Below, in pieces: positions 58,766-64,000 of a stretch of 64,000 nucleotides of DNA. The translations under genes were made by a program, and so were the position numbers. The notes beneath the pieces were generated by a model. It ran no database searches. It was not told the DNA's origin and saw only the letters and a program-made list of their open reading frames with translations. Location of the stretch: the NCBI GenBank assembly GCA_964623775.1, contig CAZUVH010000002.1, forward strand, positions 1,089 to 65,088, written 5' to 3'. Numbering within the stretch: position 1 is the first letter of the stretch; each line of letters opens with the position of its first letter. The DNA is from an uncultured Candidatus Saccharibacteria bacterium (lineage in GTDB: Bacteria > Patescibacteriota > Minisyncoccia > Phycocordibacterales > UBA2100).

Positions 58766-59699
58766 ATATTGTTACTCCGACCTTCGTGCGGACGTCTTTC
58801 ATTTTGAGCTCTGCAATTGCACGAGCCTTTTCGCTCCCCGCCCTCAATATCTGTTCAACGTCTCCATCAGTGATACTCGCTCGCCTCTCACGCATCGGGG
58901 CTACTACAGCTTCGATATCCGCGATGAGCGCCTCTTTGCTCGCCTTGAAATTGCCCTTATTCGCAGTGTAAATCGGCGAGAGTTCCTCGCGGGATTTAAA
59001 AAGGAGGTGCATGTTGTACACATTCTCCGGGCTCTCGCCGGTTGAATTGGTGACGATACTCATCACCGCTTTTGCGATTTCATCTTTGCTACCAAAAAGC
59101 GGGATGGTGTTGCCATAGCTCTTGCTCATCTTCTTGCCATCGGTACCAGGTACGATTGCGACACTCTTCAGGATCGCCTCTTTAGGCTCCTTGAACGTCA
59201 CGCCGTATGCATTATTGAATTTTGCGGCCGCCTCACGTGCGTATTCGAGGTGCTGACGCTGATCCTCTCCGACTGGCACCACCTCTGTGTCGTAAAGTAA
59301 TATGTCTGCCGCCATAAGCATTGGGTAATTGAAAAGCCCGGCATTTGCTTCCATACCTTTCGCCACCTTGTCCTTATACGCATGCGCGAGCTCGAGGAAC
59401 GGTACGGTGACGAGACATTCAAACATCCACGCAAGCTCCGTGTGCTCGGGAATGCGCGACTGCTGGAAAATCACGGCCTTTTTAGGATCGACTCCAGCGG
59501 CTACGTAATCGCGGACGATGTCGCGGATGTATCCGCGCAACTGCTCGGGATTCTTGAGCGAGGTGAGCGCATGATAATCCGCCACCATGAGGAAGCTCTC
59601 GTACTTGTCGTACATATCGACAAACGGCTTGAGCGCGCCAAAATAGTTGCCAATGTGCAGCGCGCCCGAGGGCTGTAATCCTGTGAGAAGCCGAGCCAT
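58764..59699 (-). CDS. trpS: tryptophanyl-tRNA synthetase
   Basis: LTGLQPSGALHIGNYFGA (HIGH) and KMSKSYGN (KMSKS); 311 aa. Confidence 0.9.
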   Translation of the reverse strand: MARLLTGLQPSGALHIGNYFGALKPFVDMYDKYESFLMVADYHALTSLKNPEQLRGYIRDIVRDYVAAGVDPKKAVIFQQSRIPEHTELAWMFECLVTVPFLELAHAYKDKVAKGMEANAGLFNYPMLMAADILLYDTEVVPVGEDQRQHLEYAREAAAKFNNAYGVTFKEPKEAILKSVAIVPGTDGKKMSKSYGNTIPLFGSKDEIAKAVMSIVTNSTGESPENVYNMHLLFKSREELSPIYTANKGNFKASKEALIADIEAVVAPMRERRASITDGDVEQILRAGSEKARAIAELKMKDVRTKVGVTI

Positions 59700-59757
59700 G
59701 ATTTGCTGATTGTACCAAAATAAAACCGCCTCGCGAACATCGCGAGGCGGTAAAATC

Positions 59758-60387
59758 TTACAAGGCTACTTCGTCAACGCCGGATTTCGCAGGTGTTGCC
59801 GTCTTCGGAAGATACTGCTTCCAGCCGCCCTTCAAAGTGGCATGCAGCCGGAAACGTGTGCCGAGATCGAACATCTCATTTATCTCGGAAACAGCACGTG
59901 CGCCGTCAGGTGTTCCCACCGCACTCTGGACATACACTCCAAGACGTCTCATCGCCGCGTAATATACCTCGGCAATCGTCTGCGGATCGCTGCCGCTGCG
60001 CAAGATTCCCGACGCGAATCGATGAAGCTGAAGAACATCGTGACCAAAACCATCCTCAAAAGCCCTTCGTATTCGACGATATCGAATCTGCTCGGGCGTC
60101 GCGGCCAGCACAATCAGTGCATATCCTACGAGTGTGATGATAAGAGTCGCCCACGGTTCTCCACCTTCACGCGCGTACTCGAGGGAGACAAATGTGGCAC
60201 AGAGAGGAGTTAGAACAGCCAGCGCGATTAGCGGTGCCATACAGGATTCGCCCAAGAAGGCAACTTGACGCGCCTCATGAACGGGATCACCTCCGACAGT
60301 CTTCATCCACCCTGACTTGAGCTTGTGAGGGATGAGGCCGTTGCGTTCCAAAAACAAGACTTCCTTGGCAGAAAACGAGTTTGCCAT
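59758..60387 (-). CDS. integral membrane protein (hypothetical)
   Basis: Start taken at the MANSFSAKEV Met; three to four TM helices. Confidence 0.45.
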   Translation of the reverse strand: MANSFSAKEVLFLERNGLIPHKLKSGWMKTVGGDPVHEARQVAFLGESCMAPLIALAVLTPLCATFVSLEYAREGGEPWATLIITLVGYALIVLAATPEQIRYRRIRRAFEDGFGHDVLQLHRFASGILRSGSDPQTIAEVYYAAMRRLGVYVQSAVGTPDGARAVSEINEMFDLGTRFRLHATLKGGWKQYLPKTATPAKSGVDEVAL

Positions 60388-60550
60388 TGTAGTTACTCCG
60401 ACCTCGTATATCGTCCGAAGCGGACAAGCGCAGGGGGCTTCCGGCCCGTCCCGAGATGACAACTGGTCACTCGGAGATACTCCTGCACCCTTTCCTCCCG
60501 AGGCTCAAAGAGGACTGGCAGCATCCTACAATAAATTACTATAACGTAAA

Positions 60551-60589
60551 GACCCGTCCCACTCACGTGGAAACGGGTCATTTGATCAA
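60551..60589 (-). terminator. intrinsic terminator
   Basis: gacccgt...acgggtc hairpin; minus strand followed by tttacgtt. Confidence 0.45.
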
Positions 60590-60792
60590 GAAGGTCTGGG
60601 TCGCGGAGGCCAATTGCCGGCGTCCTTGGCTCTCATCTTGGCTGCATCGATCCTGTCGGCGAGGTTGTCTCTCATGCGATCATATGCCGCGTCAGCGGTC
60701 TTTTCATATGCCTCCGCCTCGGTCGCGCCAGGGTTCTTTTTGAGATATTCAGCGATCAGCTCCTCATGAGCTGCCATAAATAGGTCCTTCAT
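60586..60792 (-). CDS. small hypothetical protein
   Basis: Start assumed at the MKDLFMAAHEEL Met. Confidence 0.35.
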   Translation of the reverse strand: MKDLFMAAHEELIAEYLKKNPGATEAEAYEKTADAAYDRMRDNLADRIDAAKMRAKDAGNWPPRPRPS

Positions 60793-60845
60793 TCCCGTCC
60801 TCCTGACTAAAACCAGGAGGACATTACAACATAAAACGCGTCTCG

Positions 60846-62426
60846 TCAAACTATGGGAAATTCGAGAATAAATCGGGAGCCCTTGTCTCTCCCATCGCTT
60901 TCAGCCCAGATGCGGCCGCCCATCGCCTCGGTAATATTCTTTGCGAGATAGAGTCCGATACCCGTGCCGAGGATGTTGACCTTCTGCGCATCGGCGCGCG
61001 AGAATTTTCGGAAAAGATGCGGGATGGTCTCGGGGGGAATCCCTACACCCGTGTCGGCTATCGTGACACGCGCATGCACTCCGTGTCTGTGCGTGGAGAC
61101 GGTAATGGATCCGTGTGGGGTGTACTTGAGAGAATTGTCGATGATATTGCCCACCACTTCCTTCACGCGCGCCACATCCGCCTTGATCTTCAAATGCTCA
61201 TTCGCATCGACATCGCATATGAGTTTCAACCCTTTTTGGTCTGTATGCGGTCGATATCCTTCGACTACGGTACAGACGGCTTCGCCAAGTTCAAATTCCG
61301 TTATCGTGTATGACATCATGCCGAGCTCGAGCTTTGATTTATTGAGGTATTCAGAGATGAGGAGCAGTACTTCATTGCCGAGGACGAGGATTTTCTGCGC
61401 GGTGTCTTTGACGGGTGGAGGGACATCTCCGAGCGTCCCGTCGGTAATAAGAGATGCATAGCCGCGCATCGCCGTAAGTGGATTCCTGATCTCATGCGAG
61501 GCAAAGGTCATAAATTCCGATTTTTCCGCGCTCAATTTTTCGATCTCCTCGCGTTGCGCCACCTCTCGCTGCACGCTTTTCACGAGGAAATAGCCAAAAA
61601 CAACGACGAACGAGAGAAGGAGGAAGTCTACGATGCGGGCATCAGTCGATGTTTCCCCAAAAATGCGCGCAAAAAGCACGAGGCAGATCGTGAGTGTAAG
61701 CGTCTGCGCCAACAGTACCTTAATTTCGAAGAGCTGATATTTTGTGATCGCATACGCGGTCATACCAAGAAATGCGAGCGTGTAGAGCGGGGCAAGCCAT
61801 ATGGCTGGTGAGGCGTTGAAGAAAGCAATGGGAATCATGATTGTTGCAATAATTGAGATGAGCATTATGCATATGCCGATCAAGACCAGTTGAAATTGTT
61901 TCCGAGCGACCCCGGTTGATATAAGGTATTTCTTAACAAGAAAATACACTGCAAGAACGCTGAAGATTGTCGAGGCGACGGAAAACGGCAGCATTCCTAT
62001 GCCCGCTTGAAGCCGCATGACGCCGTCGATTACCGTAACTCCCACAAATGCGTAGGGTGAAATATTGATAAGCATTATGGTCGCCGTTAGGCCGATTAAG
62101 GCATAGAGGTATCGGCGATTTATTTTCATTTCGTCAGAAGGCATGTTGTAACCGAGCAAGAAAAACAAAAAGGCCTGTGGTGCCGCAAAAAATATACCGA
62201 GACGGTGAATCGGCAACCACTCCTGAAATGCTGGCAGGCCGGCAACATACGTGTCGACGACCCAAAGCATAGTGAAGATAGAGAGGAGTGAAAAGATTCT
62301 GTTGGTGGCACTCTTTGGGTTGCTGCGATATACCGCGATCGCAAGGAATATATCAATCGCGATCGCGATGACAAAAATAACAAGCTCAAGCGACGGGCTA
62401 TAGAATTCTGCAATGAGAGGTGTCAT
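60846..62426 (-). CDS. membrane sensor histidine kinase (multi-TM sensor, HisKA, HATPase_c)
   Basis: H-box FASHEIRNPLTAM; N/G1/G2 boxes (NIIDNSLKYT, DTGVGIP, GTGIGLYLAKNI); about seven to eight N-terminal TM helices. Confidence 0.85.
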   Translation of the reverse strand: MTPLIAEFYSPSLELVIFVIAIAIDIFLAIAVYRSNPKSATNRIFSLLSIFTMLWVVDTYVAGLPAFQEWLPIHRLGIFFAAPQAFLFFLLGYNMPSDEMKINRRYLYALIGLTATIMLINISPYAFVGVTVIDGVMRLQAGIGMLPFSVASTIFSVLAVYFLVKKYLISTGVARKQFQLVLIGICIMLISIIATIMIPIAFFNASPAIWLAPLYTLAFLGMTAYAITKYQLFEIKVLLAQTLTLTICLVLFARIFGETSTDARIVDFLLLSFVVVFGYFLVKSVQREVAQREEIEKLSAEKSEFMTFASHEIRNPLTAMRGYASLITDGTLGDVPPPVKDTAQKILVLGNEVLLLISEYLNKSKLELGMMSYTITEFELGEAVCTVVEGYRPHTDQKGLKLICDVDANEHLKIKADVARVKEVVGNIIDNSLKYTPHGSITVSTHRHGVHARVTIADTGVGIPPETIPHLFRKFSRADAQKVNILGTGIGLYLAKNITEAMGGRIWAESDGRDKGSRFILEFPIV

Positions 62427-63523
62427 GAGGCGTCTTTGTATTCAACAATAGGAGGCAATTTGTGCGAAGAAGCGGTTGGCTTGGGACCGCGGCCTATCCT
62501 GAAGACCATTGCAATATGCTGTTCTTCGCGACGAATCGTGAAAGCGCGCATCATTATGGCGTACGCACTTCGTATCAAAGTGCGGTGCTCTTCGGTAAAC
62601 ATTTCCGACCCCCCTGCCTCAATGCGATCTCTCAAATACGGTATGGCGGTGATTGGTTGCATCGAGAGTCCGTTGGTGGTGGCCGTGAGCCACACGCGCT
62701 GAAGGACTCTGCCCGCGTCCATATACGCCCGATCAGCGTCTGATTCGATGATCAGGGCTCCGATTGCAGAGGATGATTCATAGAGAGCGGCACTTTGTTT
62801 GGCGATCGATTTTGAAAACCCGATCAAATTGAGCACCCTCAGGGCCGACCAATTCGAAACGATGTATTTGAGAATGAGGCGTACAGGCGGCGGGAATTCC
62901 ATTGTTTTGATAAAGAGACCGGGCGATCTCTGTTCATCGCGGATGGACCAGCGAATCATACTGAAAAGAAAATCATGAAGTCCCCGATTCTCCATGAGGA
63001 CGCGCTCGTTTGTGGAGACGGCCCCTGCGAGCGCTCTAATTACATCTCTGTCCTCCACGAGGGTGAGCGAGACGTTTGCGTGTCCTACCGCCTCCTGAAG
63101 AGTGTTTAGGTCGCGAGGTCCCAGCGGAGATCTGTCATACGGCTTGCGATTACATGATCTGACCCGAATGGACTTGTAGAGCGGGTGCTCATTTTTGGTA
63201 CCCTGTCGCAGATCGATTCGTGCAGTGCAGAGTGCTGGCCCCGGAAAATAGAATACCGAGGTGTCAAAACCCTCTTCAGAGGCAGCGATCACGATGTTTT
63301 CAACAAGCGCACCGTGACCCACATACGAGCCGCGTTGACGGAAGTTGTAGAGCGTCGCATCACGATCAGGTATGTTGTAGATAAAAATCGCGTCATTTTC
63401 GTACACAAATCGCCATGGCTGAGCATTGTCTCCCGAGGGGGCATACACCGCCGTCTCAAGGATTCGCTGTATAACCGCCCTTTGAACCATGCTGTCTAGT
63501 ATAATATGACTCGTGGCAGACAA
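62423..63523 (-). CDS. nitroreductase-family protein (two-domain, 366 aa)
   Basis: APSGDNAQPWRF FMN-binding motif at N-terminus. Confidence 0.65.
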   Translation of the reverse strand: MSATSHIILDSMVQRAVIQRILETAVYAPSGDNAQPWRFVYENDAIFIYNIPDRDATLYNFRQRGSYVGHGALVENIVIAASEEGFDTSVFYFPGPALCTARIDLRQGTKNEHPLYKSIRVRSCNRKPYDRSPLGPRDLNTLQEAVGHANVSLTLVEDRDVIRALAGAVSTNERVLMENRGLHDFLFSMIRWSIRDEQRSPGLFIKTMEFPPPVRLILKYIVSNWSALRVLNLIGFSKSIAKQSAALYESSSAIGALIIESDADRAYMDAGRVLQRVWLTATTNGLSMQPITAIPYLRDRIEAGGSEMFTEEHRTLIRSAYAIMMRAFTIRREEQHIAMVFRIGRGPKPTASSHKLPPIVEYKDAS

Positions 63524-63525
63524 TT

Positions 63526-64000
63526 ATGGCCAATTCTAACAATAAGAAGCAGGATAAGCTTGAGACGATGCCCCATTCTCCCGGGGCGCATACTGATGAG
63601 CGAGCGTTTAAAGTCGCCCTTGATTTATTTCACAACGCCGCGCGGCGTGTCCCCGCATATGCGGATTTTCTCAAAAAAAACGGTGTTGATCCAAAAAAGA
63701 TCCGTGACTGCGCCGACTTCGCACACATACCGCTCACCAATAAGCAATATTTTTCTGACTACAGCCTCAAAGAGCTCAATTGGGACGGCGTGCTCGACAA
63801 TTCGCTCTACGTATCGACGAGCTCCGGCTCAACCGGCGTACCTTTTTTCTGGCCGCGCGGACGAGAGCAAGACATCGCATCGGGAACCATTTTCAAGCAT
63901 ATTTACGAAGATATTTTTGAGTCGAAAAAGGGGTCCACGCTTGTGATCAATTCTTTCGCGCTCGGTACGTGGATCGCGGGATTTGAATTCTATAATGCTG
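63526..64000 (+). CDS. phenylacetate-CoA ligase / F390 synthetase-like adenylate-forming enzyme; 3' end outside window
   Basis: Reading from the ATG at 63526 gives MANSNNKK... with AMP-binding motif STSSGSTGVPFFWPR; TATAAT at about 63500. Not in the ORF track because no stop lies inside the window. Confidence 0.5.
   Translation, partial: MANSNNKKQDKLETMPHSPGAHTDERAFKVALDLFHNAARRVPAYADFLKKNGVDPKKIRDCADFAHIPLTNKQYFSDYSLKELNWDGVLDNSLYVSTSSGSTGVPFFWPRGREQDIASGTIFKHIYEDIFESKKGSTLVINSFALGTWIAGFEFYNA

Noticed and set aside
59700-59760. T-box leader upstream of trpS (minus strand)
   Set aside because: The space upstream of trpS is only ~60 nt before the next coding region (59758..60387), too short for a T-box. 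No specifier/T-box motif seen.

Overview
This 64-kb window reads as a gene-dense bacterial chromosomal segment. Short reduced versions of conserved proteins, many small membrane proteins and no recognisable tRNA/rRNA suggest a small-genome, possibly CPR/Patescibacteria-like lineage (inference).

Backbone genes recognised from motifs: TrhO fragment, His-phosphatase, CDF transporter, GH15-like hydrolase, arginase-family enzyme, PfkB kinase, two SpoT-like HD hydrolases, a complete F-type ATP synthase operon (atpBEFHAGDC), YchF, PRTase, LeuRS, YbjQ, SGNH hydrolase, CysRS, CorA-like transporter, S41 protease, L9 and L27 in convergent overlap, DEDDh exonuclease, GNAT, two Nudix proteins, an M23 peptidase/GluRS/MurG/FtsW/MraY/D,D-carboxypeptidase dcw-like block, ScpAB, class IIb AspRS, TrpRS, a 7TM histidine kinase and a nitroreductase.

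Most notable observations:
- A LeuRS that is ~300 aa too long, carrying two inserted hydrolase domains: an RBBP9/YdeN-like alpha/beta serine hydrolase just before the CP1 editing domain and a Nudix domain after it.
- Two small acidic proteins translationally coupled inside the atpA-atpG-atpD core.
- Two independent cases (after atpB and after ychF) in which the last ~90-120 bp of a conserved gene is duplicated around a small convergent cassette carrying its own promoter and terminator. The copies differ only at synonymous sites.
- An ~75-nt element present twice with compensatory stem substitutions.
- Tandem 33/51-aa hydrophobic peptides under a perfect consensus sigma70 promoter.
- A 650-bp coding-free gap between convergent genes.

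Coordinates of internal starts and RNA elements are hand-counted and approximate to a few nt. No similarity searches were run.
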